The translations under genes and the position numbers were made by a program. Under the pieces are notes generated by a model. The model saw only the letters and a program-made list of their open reading frames with translations, ran no database searches and was not told the DNA's origin. A DNA stretch of 64,000 bases from Antedon mediterranea (taxonomy: Eukaryota; Animalia; Echinodermata), in contig NC_092680.1 of assembly GCF_964355755.1 (NCBI RefSeq), positions 1,798,001 to 1,862,000 on the forward strand. Direction: 5' to 3'. Positions within the stretch are counted from its first letter, which is position 1. The number at the start of each line of letters is the position of its first letter. Positions 11,501 through 23,200 of the stretch are shown piece after piece.

Positions 11501-14500
11501 GGATTTTGCCAAAGAAATTCAAGATAAAATTAACAGTGAACTGGAATACCCTAAAATTGAATTTGCCACTAAGAACCAAAATACTAACGATGTAGGCAAT
11601 GCTGGAAGTACGAGTCACGTGAGCATTTTAGCTGAAAATGGAGATGCAGTTTCTGTAACGACTTCTGTTAACTTTTAGTAAGTTAAAACAAACTGATTAT
11701 GAAACGCTACTTCTTTATCTTAAGTTTAATTAAGGTACACCATACGTAAGTACGGAAGCTTCTAAGTGCCATCCACTTGGCGACTTGTCAAGATATTATC
11801 TTGTGTCAAGTCGTTATGACTATTATGTCGACATAGTGACCGTCGTCGAGGCAAGATATCGTACATTATCTTGCCAAGTAGCCAAGTGGATGGCACTTAG
11901 AAGCTTCCGTAGCTTCCCTATGTAAGTCTGTGTAAATATGTTTTTGTATATTTTTACTTTTAGTTATGGCTGCAAAATTATGTCCGCTACGTCAGGCATC
12001 ATATATAACAGTATGATGAGTAATTTTACTATTCCTAACATGCCAACCAATGGGGGCAAAGCAATCGCCGAAGCCAACTATCCAGCGCCAAACAAACGCC
12101 CGCTATCGACAATGTGTGGAAGCTTCATTCTTGACAAAAATGATGACGTCAGATTTGTTATTGGGTCGTCTGGTGGAAATCAAATAATTACAGCAAATGC
12201 ATGGGTTTGTATATTGTTGTCTGCAATTCGATCTGCAATGCGATCACTTGTTCTTTATTGAGGCCGTGCTCTAATTTTAAAAGGAGTTCGTAGGGGCAAA
12301 CTCGTTTTATAATGCTTCATGGCCAACATAATGCATTTCCTAAACAGTACGTCTTGTTGACTGGGTCTACTTAAACCATCAACAAGACTGTTTATTGCTA
12401 TATTGTAGGCCTATTGTTTGCTGAGTAAAGTCTACTGCGCAAAAGTCCTTTACAATTACACTATTATAGTCATAGAATATAATGTAGTTGTGTTTGCTTG
12501 GCAAATATTTTGTAGGCGTATGGGTTAAATTACAAATAACACCTACCCCAAAACCCACTCCGAGACTGGCCTAAGGGAAGACACTGATCTGAAACTTATG
12601 TTTTACTTTAGTTGCATAAAATAGTTGTAACAAAATAAGCTCTTCGTACAATCGTACGTAGACCACCAATCACAAGTTCGGATGATCCATCGCGTCGTGA
12701 TTGGTCAAATCTTTTACGCTTGGTTCCCATTAGCGACGCAACAAAACGCAACGCAGCGACTAACGTCCTTGCATTGCGACAAAGTGGGAACATTTTCTTT
12801 TTAAATACTAACTAACCATGGATTTGTATCACAATGTTTTTAGGTAACACTCGTTACATTAGCAACCGATACCTCTTTAATGCAAGCTATCGAATGGCAT
12901 AGAATTCACACTGACTATGAAGAAGAAGGGGTTAGCTACGAGGACGGAGTGCCACAGGTAAAAAAAAAGAAATTTTGTTTCCCCGGCCGCGATATTTCTT
13001 TTCGTACATATATGTTAGTGACCCCATATGTGAAAGATAGCCAAACTACTTATAACTAATCCTAACACTCTAAATAATCTCTATCTTACTATAAAGTAAA
13101 AAAAAGTTGCTCGTGGGATTCGAACCCCATACTCCGACATGTAAAGTCCATAGTCTAATCCACTCAACTACACAGCCGGACGGCTCGACGGAAAGAGTTT
13201 CCATTAGCTCAATTTTTTCATCACACCTTCTGGATATGACTGAACATTCATGTTTATTTTGTGATGTTTCATGAGGAGTCCCCAACTTATGTACGAAAAG
13301 AAATATCGCTGCCCGGCCTGTGCCACACTTGACTTGAATGTTCTTTCTATAATTGAGCTTTTATTACTCTATTACTTTATAACTTTCGGAAACGAAATTA
13401 TACTCGTCACCTGGCAATATAAAAAGGTGCTTAGATCAACAACAACAAACAAAACGTATAATGTCATTAAACAGCATGACATTTTTAAGCTCTTACGGTA
13501 AAACATTTGTTTTGGAAAAGAAAAGAGAGAAAACAACAATTAAGAATTTATATCAGAATACCTTCCTGTTAAAAGAATGCTTCACAAAACTAAATCTAAT
13601 GCATATAATGTCACTAAGCCAATAATGTCGATCCAATAGGACATAAACTCTTTAAATAATCATGGTATTCTGTGTCTAGCTTAATTTTCAACTTTATGCC
13701 TACGAAATATTGTTTATCGCTGTCGAATCAGGGAATCAGGGAACTCTTCCCTGGTCGAATATAGTTCCACAACAATTACCTGTTAATAACATTCCTTTCG
13801 CCCGCCGTTTCTATCTTTACATCAGTGGTGTCCATTCTTGCCTCCTGTACATGGATTCCAACTGTTAAATGTCTGAGACCTGGATGATGTGCAGTGTACA
13901 GAATGTCAAATCAAGGCAAACAGAATTGACCTATGTGTATTTTGTTTAACAATAGGTGAATTCAATCACTTTCACTGTTGATCATAAAGGCATTATACTT
14001 ATCCGTGAAAAAAGGCATACTTAAAGGATAAATATAGGCCTACACAACAAAATCATTGAAGCAAAAACTTTTTCAAATCAGTAATGCCTTAATAAAATAA
14101 TTTATATTATTATTTTGATCTAGACTGTAATAACAGGACTATTGGAACTTGGTCATAATATTAAACCGATTGACAAGAGATCTTTTGCTGTAGTACAGGC
14201 AATATTAAAAGATAAGTCGGGTATAGATGCGTATTCCGGACATAAACTCTTTAAATAATCATGGTATTCTGTGTCTAGCTTAATTTTCAACTTTATGCCT
14301 ACGAAATATTGTTTATCGCTGTCGAATCAGGGAATCAGGGAACTCTTCCCTGGTCGAATATAGTTCCACAACAATTACCTGTTAATAACATTCCTTTCGC
14401 CCGCCGTTTCTATCTTTACATCAGTGGTGTCCAAAACATTGAAGCAAAAACTTTTTCAAATCAGTAATGCCTTAATAAAATAATTTATATTATTATTTTG

Positions 14501-14656
14501 ATCTAGACTGTAATAACAGGACTATTGGAACTTGGTCATAATATTAAACCGATTGACAAGAGATCTTTTGCTGTAGTACAGGCAATATTAAAAGATAAGT
14601 CGGGTATAGATGCGTATTCCGATTCAAGAAAACTTGGAAAACCGGCTGGATACTGA
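8577..14656 (+). CDS. GGT: Gamma-glutamyltranspeptidase family paralog B (10 coding exons; atypical active site)
   Basis: Exons 8577-8728, 9079-9299, 9424-9616, 10087-10259, 10769-10915, 11217-11344, 11478-11677, 11964-12204, 12844-12957 and 14507-14656 (truncated alternative copy at 14124-14258). Motifs: [30 protein letters not shown], the nucleophile GS|TSHVSI, SVTTSVN, KRPLSTM, GSSGG, and C-terminal DSRKLGKPAGY*. All introns are GT-AG except intron 3 (AT...AA, see findings). Confidence 0.9.
11000..11154. repeat. Fold-back / small MITE-like inverted repeat
   Basis: ATGATGGGAAGGGTTTGAGAGCAAACGTCACG (from 11042) pairs with CGTGACGTTTGCTCCCAACCCTTCCCATCAT (to 11129). Outer arms TTATCGCCAAT / ATTTGCGATAA. 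Confidence 0.65.
11751..11911. mobile_element. MITE-like element with a 31-bp perfect inverted repeat
   Basis: TACGGAAGCTTCTAAGTGCCATCCACTTGGC ... GCCAAGTGGATGGCACTTAGAAGCTTCCGTA. No clear TSD. Confidence 0.7.
12983..13316. mobile_element. TIR element carrying an internal tRNA-like sequence
   Basis: TIRs CCGGCCGCGATATTTCTTTTCGTACATA / TATGTACGAAAAGAAATATCGCTGCCCGG, with imperfect extension to ~55 bp. Confidence 0.75.
13106..13177 (-). pseudogene. tRNA-derived pseudogene / Pol III cassette (possible Val-TAC origin)
   Basis: Minus strand reads GGCTGTGTAGTTGAGTGGATTAGACTATGGACTTTACATGTCGGAGTATGGGGTTCGAATCCCACGAGCAAC followed by T8. It has an A-box, a B-box GGTTCGAATCC and a Pol III terminator. 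The acceptor stem pairs poorly. Confidence 0.6.
13639..14621 (+). repeat. Tandem duplication (~600 bp) covering the GGT-B last intron end and last exon
   Basis: GGACATAAACTCTTTAAATAATCATGG starts at both 13639 and 14238. Copy 2 lacks ~215 bp of intron. Copy 1 of the exon is cut after DAYS. Confidence 0.92.
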
Positions 14657-17220
14657 ACTTTAAACACACGTGAAACCAACGCGCACGTCCAACCAACGCG
14701 CGTGCACGTCAAGCCAACGCGCGCACACGGTTGCGTACTTCAACGTGCTTGCCATGCATTATATCTAAAAAAAATTATTTAAAAAAAGTAGTAGTAGTTT
14801 CGTAGTTTTTTTACGCAATTTGAATTTGGTCATTTCAATAGGCCTACTGGTTTTCATAATTTTATGAGTTTTAAAACATTCCTTATTTATAAAAGTTGTT
14901 TTAATTTAATTTATTGCAATTTTCTTTTGTGCGTAGTAACAAAAGTGAGTGAGTAAAGTATTAAGTTATTAAATAGTATTTTATTATTGTTATAGTATAT
15001 TTATATTATATTTTTCGTCAATTACAATAACGTAAAATAATTACCTTGAGAAATCGTAGAAGTAACCAAATATATGAATATAAAGTATAAAGAATAGATA
15101 GAATTTATTATATAATTATGATAATGTGATCAACCAATGTATATAATATTCAATTATTGCAATATCTATTTAGAAATACATTTGAATTATGATGCCATAC
15201 GTTATAGTATAATATTATAAATGATTAAGGATAAAAGTTGCTGCATAAAGATTATTTCTAATTTATAATAAATTATTTGTAATTGTAATATTGAAACTAA
15301 ATTATTTACCTTGCTTATTACGATCAAGTCATCGACTTATAGATTAACCTAAATTACCTTAAATGTGTCGTAACGATCTTTAAATATTAAAAAAATATAA
15401 TAAAAAGGATGTGAAAAAATAAGCACATGTTGTTTTAATGTTCTCATGTGTCCATCTATGCAACAATAATTTTTTTTTTCAATAAATTTTAATATCTAAA
15501 AAATAAGATAGAAACTAGTAGTGGTTCAACCATAATTTACATTCGGACAAGATTTGTAATTAAGAAAACAAATCATTTTGTATAGGCTTATAGAGAAAAC
15601 AATTTATATTATAAAAAAAAACAAGATATATATTCCATGAACCATAAATTAACTTTTATAGAGAAAATGGAAATCAAGGTTTAATTTCATTTTCACTAAA
15701 AACAAAACAACATTAAAAACAAAGCTTAGATTTGTATTATAAGAAAGACTTTTTTTCGGAAAGGATAGTGTTTTGAAACAGCATAGGCCATATAAGTTAC
15801 TACAGGACATCTTTTAAAAATGTTTTTAATTTTTTTTTATAAAAATAAATCAACATCAGCATCAAGAATTTGTATTCACAGAATAGGTAGCCGTGTATTA
15901 TAGATTGATTATCCTGTACATGTCAATAGACCTGTATAATGGAACAGGCGTAAAAATTGTGCCCTCTTTAGTTTGTTATTTCGGCCAACCCCCTGTATAT
16001 TATAAACAGCTTGCTTAGCATGATTTGATTAACCTCGACACCTGCGCAACTACAGTATAGACTAAGTCTCGACTAGGTTACCACTCAATCTAATGTTAAG
16101 TATAATCGAATTACAATAGAGTAAAACAAGTGTATATATTGATTTGTTTTATTGTTTTGCAATTTTGCCGTATTTTAAAGTTCCAAATAAGTGATTATTT
16201 TGTTGCCATCAGCTGTAAATTAGTCCAAATCAAGGATGTACAAGGACCAGCGAAAGCGTACGAAAAACGTGAGGGAAACCGCCAGGTGGGACAGAACAAT
16301 TACTAATCTGTACTGTTGTATCTTATGGTATATAATCACACTGTAAAAACTATTACATCTATTCGTTGAGAGTGTTGATAGGCTTACCTAAGCACTGTAC
16401 CGTAGTGCTATGTTTGCCACGAGGAGAATTTCCTCTTTCTACGAGCATGTACGCAAGTGCGTCTATGGTTTTAGATTAAGAGTTGTGAATAGTGAAAATG
16501 ATCTGGTTAGGTGTACTATGAACTATTTGTTACGATATTCAATCTCTACACTAAGTGGGAAAAAATCCTATATTAAGTTTAATTTTCCGGTTTAGTATTA
16601 TTTGTTGTTGTACAGTATATGTGGAATATTTATTCTGAAATAAAGTGATCACATCAAATCAAATAACTATATACCGAAAAGAGTCCTAACTACCAGTACT
16701 ATTGTTAAAAAAGCATTATTACAAAATAATGTATTATTTATTTATTTATATAATTTATAAATATTTATTCTATTTTACGGATCCTTAGTGTCCCAAGTTT
16801 ATATGTATATAATTCTATATAGTCATAGATATTCGTCCGACGCAACAACAATTAGTTTCTGACAGCTTCAGTAGTTCTCACAATATACAATATTGTGTTT
16901 AAAAAACTGATACACAAATCACAGGGATAAACACAGCACTATTTTATGTGTATTTTTCCTGATGTCGCGTGGACATGTTGATCTATTTATACATCCATGT
17001 GTTGACAATGAATTTGACCAAATACATGAATTTAATGAATATATTGGTAGCAGCATTTTAAATCTGGATCCCGTTAAATCAGGATTCTTAGAGACAATCA
17101 ATACCGCCGAGGTGGGTATAGTAGTGAAGTGCTCAGAGTTTCGGCTGTTTTTTTCGTTTTCTCCAATCGTTATTTCATTTTTTGTTAAGAGGAGAAGAGA
17201 AGAAAGATAACGGGCGGATC

Positions 17221-20200
17221 ATGGCGGTTGTGAAGATAGTTCTGCTGAGTATTGCAGTGTTTGTGTTGGTGGTTACGTTCTCTATAGCAAATCGTGAGAA
17301 TGCGACTGTAACCCGCCGCCGTCAGTTTAGCAAAGCTGCTGTGGCCACTGATGTGCCTGAATGTTCTGAAATGGGAAAGTATGGTGTATTTTCATTTGTT
17401 TAAAATTCTCGTATTAACCATCGTTATAAGAAGTTGTGCAGCCTTTATTCAAAGAAAACATAAATATAAGGGTTTTTTTTTATCCGCGGCAGATCCATTT
17501 TACTTGAAGGCGGTACCGCTGTTGATGCCGCAATCACATCGATGTTATGTATTGGACTGGTGAACGGCGAGTCGTCTGGAATTAGTGGCGGCTTTTTTAT
17601 GATGATGTACGATACAAAAGCTAAAAAGGCAGAGTTTCTCGACGCTAGGAACACTGCACCTGCAGCTACAAATGTGAATATGTTTAACTCTAAACCACAC
17701 ACCATGATATACGGTAAGACTCTTTCAAACAGACCTAACATCGGCTGCTGTTTTATGAAAGATGTATGTAAATATATTGTTGCTTTACTGTAATATCGTT
17801 ACTTATAACAGAATAGCCGATGTAATAACAGATAATATAACAGATAATTCGTGTGTATTCTTTAGGTGCGTTGGCTATAGCGACACCTGGAGAGGTTAAG
17901 GGAATGTGGGTAGCTCACCAGAAGTATGGCAAACTTCCTTGGAAGAGACTGTTTGCACCTGTTATCGAGTTGGCACGCAGAGGAGTCGAACTGACCATTC
18001 ACGGAGCAACAAGCATTGGTGATATTCTACAGAATTATGGCAAAGGACCTCATATGAAATAAGTTACATTGACTGTGTTACCTAAATACGCACTTAACAT
18101 CAGATGTATTGTCCCTTTGTCAAATTCCAAAAAAATAAAAATTAAAAGATTTCGAAAAAAGTGGGTAATTTTGAACTATCATAATAGTTATTAACTTTCA
18201 CCAAAAATTAGTCAAAAAAAAAATCATTTAACTGAAATACAGACGTTTTTTGGTTCAAAAAATAACTTTGACTTCCTGTCAAAGTTTTCGATCAAAACAT
18301 ATCTCATAATGCAATGCGCTTGTTTGGCTACTCTGTATGCATAATCATAAATCTTCCTCGCGATCTGTGTGAAAACACTTTCTCAACCGTGACAAGTTGT
18401 AAACAATCCTAATTAGCATCATGCATAATGCATATTCATGGTTTGAAATCTTTGTTTACTTTCGCTCGCGACTATTTTCCAGACGAAATGTAATACAATT
18501 AATTTAGCTGTTAATTACGTAAAATTGTTGTTTTTGGCTTGAATTTTCGACTTAAAGTGAATAACTTTAATATTACTTTGATATGGCCAATTAAAATTTA
18601 GTATATTTTGACCTTAATTTGTGTGTGTTTCAAGGGACAATACATCTTTAAGTAAACACATCATAAGTGGTATTTATATTCGTAGGTTAATGTGTTTAAG
18701 TATATACCTTTTGGAAGCTGTTCTCCTATCAGGTAGTATAGTTATGTTGATTTAATTTACACTAAATCAATTTATTTATTTATTAAGGCTTGGAGGGAGT
18801 TATACTTTAAAGATAACGGAACCCGTCCTAAAGAAGCGGGTGACATCATATTACGTAGCGAATACGCCGACACGCTGCAACGAATTGCTAACAACGGCTG
18901 GACTGAATTCTATATTGGAACTACAGCTGATATGATTATTGAAGATATGAAAACATATAGTGAGTTTATAGGTCATTTTGAAAACGAGTTCGAGTAAAAT
19001 ACTTTAAGATATATTAAATCGTGCCTCTCAAGTAAGGAGTAATAAATTGTTTTTTGTCTTTGGTTCAATGAAGACGCGAAATTTGCACGCGCGATTTACA
19101 CGCGCGTTCAAACTTTGATGACAAGATACAGTATTTGCAAAGGCGTGTCAAGAGTACTCAACTACTGGAAAAAGTTTTAAAAGTGTTTAATTATTATTAA
19201 TTAAATTGTATTATGGAAGTTAAGATTTATGATTTATTTTATGAGTTTGTTTTCTTCAGACGGAATTTTAACAAAAGCGGACTTAAGTAACTATGACGTA
19301 AGATGGTCTGATGGAGTAAAGTCCTCATTTATGAACTACACGGTATGTTCTCCAGGTTCACCGAGTGGAGGGCTGGCCTACCAGTTTTTTCTAAATGTAT
19401 GGAAAGGTACAGTTGGTAGATAATTATACACTCAATTAATACTACTACAAATACTACTTTTGTAAAGCTCTGTCTACACTATCAAACGAGTTTGACAAAT
19501 AAAAGTGTGATGTGCCCAAATATGGTAGTAATGACATATGACATAATGTCTATATATATATGAGCACATCACATTTTTTGTCGCATAAAGTTTGATAGTG
19601 TAACGCATCTATTGCTCGCGGATGGTGTCTGCATAAAATTACGTCGATCATGACTTGTTTTTATGATTAGGCTATGAAATTGATCTGAAAACTACTGCAG
19701 ACAAAGTGCGAACGTTCCACCGTTTTCTAGAGACGTGTAAGTTTGCGAGTGGTCAGTTTTCCATCATGGGTGACGTCGATAATCCTGAGGTCCGTCAGGT
19801 AAGAATATCCTGGGGTTTCAGTTGGTGAATACGGTAAGATTCTAATTTTGTAAAAATATCACGGCCGTGTTTTATTACTTTACTTAGTTTATTTGCCAGA
19901 TAGTCTGATGATTTTCCCGCCTCGGCTGCTTTGCTTATCTCGGATTGCTTTTCTCTAGTCCTGTCTGTTTTCTGCTATTCTCCGAACCGTTTCTGTATCT
20001 GTTATGCTATTAATCCTAGGCGGTAGTGCAGTTGATGATTGTTTATGAAGAGTGATCAGGTCGTTCGGATAGAGTTACCGGTAGCGTGGACCGTGGCCGT
20101 GTTTTATTGATAATATTAAAAGCGAACTGTGTATCCGCCCGATTTAAACACCAGCTTTTGTTCGGGGTTTATATTATGATCTTCTGTGACACAACGTGTA

Positions 20201-23200
20201 ACATGTTTATACTTTTAATGTTGTCTTTACTATCGTCCTATCAACATTTTGTACATTAAGGTGATGGAAAACTTGGCATCTGAAGACTTTGCGTCAAATG
20301 TACGCTATACGATAAAAGACGATCGGCTCACTTACACCAATTTAAGCTATTATAGTTCTGGAATTTTTGACGAAACTGAAAAAAAAGGAAGCACTAGTCA
20401 CGTGAGCGTCTTAGATGAGAATGGAAACGCTGTATCTGTGACGACGACTATAAACTATTAGTAAGTTACAAACACAAAATGGTTGTAGATTAAATTAAAA
20501 CGTGGTTCCCAGTAGAGACGCGCAACGCAAGCGAGTTGACCAATGACAAGCCACTGTTCGAATAATCAATCGCTTGTGATTGGTCAAATCACTTACGTTG
20601 CGTTACTAGTGGGAACCAAGCTTTACTTTATCGTTTATTTAGTTTCGGCTGCAAAATAATGTCAACAAAATCCGGAATAATATACAACAACCTGATGACA
20701 AGTTTTACTAGGCCTAATTCAGAAAAATCGTACCAGAAGAAAGGATTTAACTACCCTGGCCCAAATAAGCGGCCTAAGTCGGGGATAAGCGGTAGTATCT
20801 TCCTCGATAAACACGGTGACGTCAGATTTGTGGTGGGAAGTTCTGGAGGAAATACAATTGTACCTGCAAATGCATGGGTAGGTTTAGGTAAAAACAAAAG
20901 TACGACGAGGGTTGGTGCGAGAACCTCGCAACATAATTTACATAACAATGCCATAATAAAGCTTGGTTCTCACTAGCGACGCAACGTAAAAAAATACCCT
21001 TCCAATCATTGTGTTTGCACCCGCCTGAGTAAATTCAAACCTACGTTCGCAACAATGTTGCGTCGTCGGTTCCCACTTGTGATTACGTAATACAACACTT
21101 TGCGTCGATACGTCGCTGAGTTGCGTTCTAGTGGGAACCGCGCTTAAGCGAGAATTTATTTATTTTATGTCTTTAGGCAATGTGGCCAAGGATTACCCAT
21201 AGTGAATTAATCACTGTCCTATCAGATAGGTGGTAATCCTCCTGATACAGGGGCTATTGTGTGAACCAGTTCACCGGGGTAACCCCCCCCCCCCCCACAA
21301 GGTAATTAAATGGAACAAAATAAATCCTTCTATCGCAATGGATTAATGAAAAATAAACGTTATAGTGGCAGTGGTATGAACATACCGTAATGTGAGCAGT
21401 TGCTGTTTTGAAATTCAAATTGACAAGAGAAAAAGAGAAACCTTTTCATGGTCTGACATACACGGCATTGAGCCCATGATATCCAGTGCAACAAATAAGC
21501 TTGGTTCCCACTAGCGACGCCCCCGCCTTCGTGAAATCAAACCTGCGATGTTTGCAGCACTGTTGCCTCGTCGGTTCCCACTTGTGATTACGCAATACAT
21601 CACTTTGCGTCAATACGTCGCTGCGTTGCGTTCTAGTTGGAACCAACATGTGCTGTTTAGGCCACCGAGTTCAAATGACGATTGGCTCACTAATCAATTC
21701 CACGATGTCGTTGATTTTATCCTATCTATTTTACATAAGTACTGTGGTATAATTTTAACTGGTGATTTTAATTATGATTACGGTGTCAATAGTCCCTTAG
21801 TTTATAAGAAATTTAAAGAAATTATTGCTCCACTTGATACTATATAATTTGTTGATTTTTATACTCGTGTTTCTAACACCAAAAGTAGCATTATTGATCT
21901 GGTCTTGTGCAATAACCCTGACATTGTATGTAATTTCAGAAGTCATCCCGGTCTCAGTACAAGTGACCACCTTGGGGTTTATTTTAATATTAACGCTAGA
22001 CGCAGTAAAGTTAAACCTGTAGATAGATATTATTGTCAATATAGTAAATGTGACCATGACGATCTTTTTACAACGTTGGGGGCGGTTCCTTGGGGTCTGT
22101 GCCTGGAACAATCAGACTGTGAGGAAATGTGGGAAAATTTTAAAGACCTCTTTCTCGCCATTATCAACGATTGTATCCCTAAAGTCAAAAGTAAAAAGAG
22201 AAACAGGCCAGCTTGGATAACTCAAGAAATGGTTACCATGGCTCGTAAAAAGAAACGAATGCTAAAAGAGGCTCATCGTCATCCTCATAACCCAAGTAAG
22301 ATGGACAATTATAGAAAGTTTAGTAATAAATTAAGAAACCTAACAAAAAAAGCTCATTTACAATATATTAGGAAATTAAGTGTCGCCTGTGTAAATGTTA
22401 TGTTAAGACACGGCAGTAAGACTGGACAAGTCAAAAACTTTGTTTTTAACGGTATACCCTTGGTTTCTGATATCGATGCGGTAAATGCATTTTCCACATT
22501 CTAATTGCGTCAAACTTTAACGAACCTAATCGTAATTTCAATGTTAACCATGAGATCTGTAATTGTGTTCACCCAGATATTGTTCCCCTTAATAACATTA
22601 ATATTAGTGAAAAAACTATTTTCGAGGCTCTATTGTCCTTGAAACCCAACAAATCCTCTGGACCTGACGGGATTACACCTAAAATGTTATCCATGTCAGC
22701 TCCAATTATTGCCCCAGTGTTGTGCAAAATGTTTAACAAGTTCTTAACGGATGGCTTTGTACCAAAAGATTGGAAACTCGCGAATGTCACTCCTATTTTT
22801 AAGTCGGGTAATCGTAACGAAGTTAATAATTATCGACCCATATTGCTATGTTCTATTATAGGTAAGGTTTTTGAACGTATTATAGCAGATAACATTCTTT
22901 TTTATCTTCAATTTTTTGGATTTATAAGTCCCACGCAACACGGGTTTTATCCAGGTAGATCGTGTATTACACAGGCCTCAGCGTTATATCATGATTGGTC
23001 ACAAACAATGGATGTCAGACAACCTCCTGTAATTGATGCAATATTCCTTGATTGGGAGAAGGCCTTTGACCGTGTTCCCCATGATTTAGTAATCAAGAAA
23101 CTGCACAACATGGGAGTATGTGGATCTCTCCTAAAGTGTCTTCACTCCTTTCTCAGTGACAGATTCCAACGTGTTGTTCTTAATAAGGAGCATTCTGATT

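Noticed and set aside
13106-13177. Functional tRNA-Val gene
   Set aside because: The acceptor and anticodon stems pair poorly and it lies inside a TIR element; reported as a tRNA-derived pseudogene instead.
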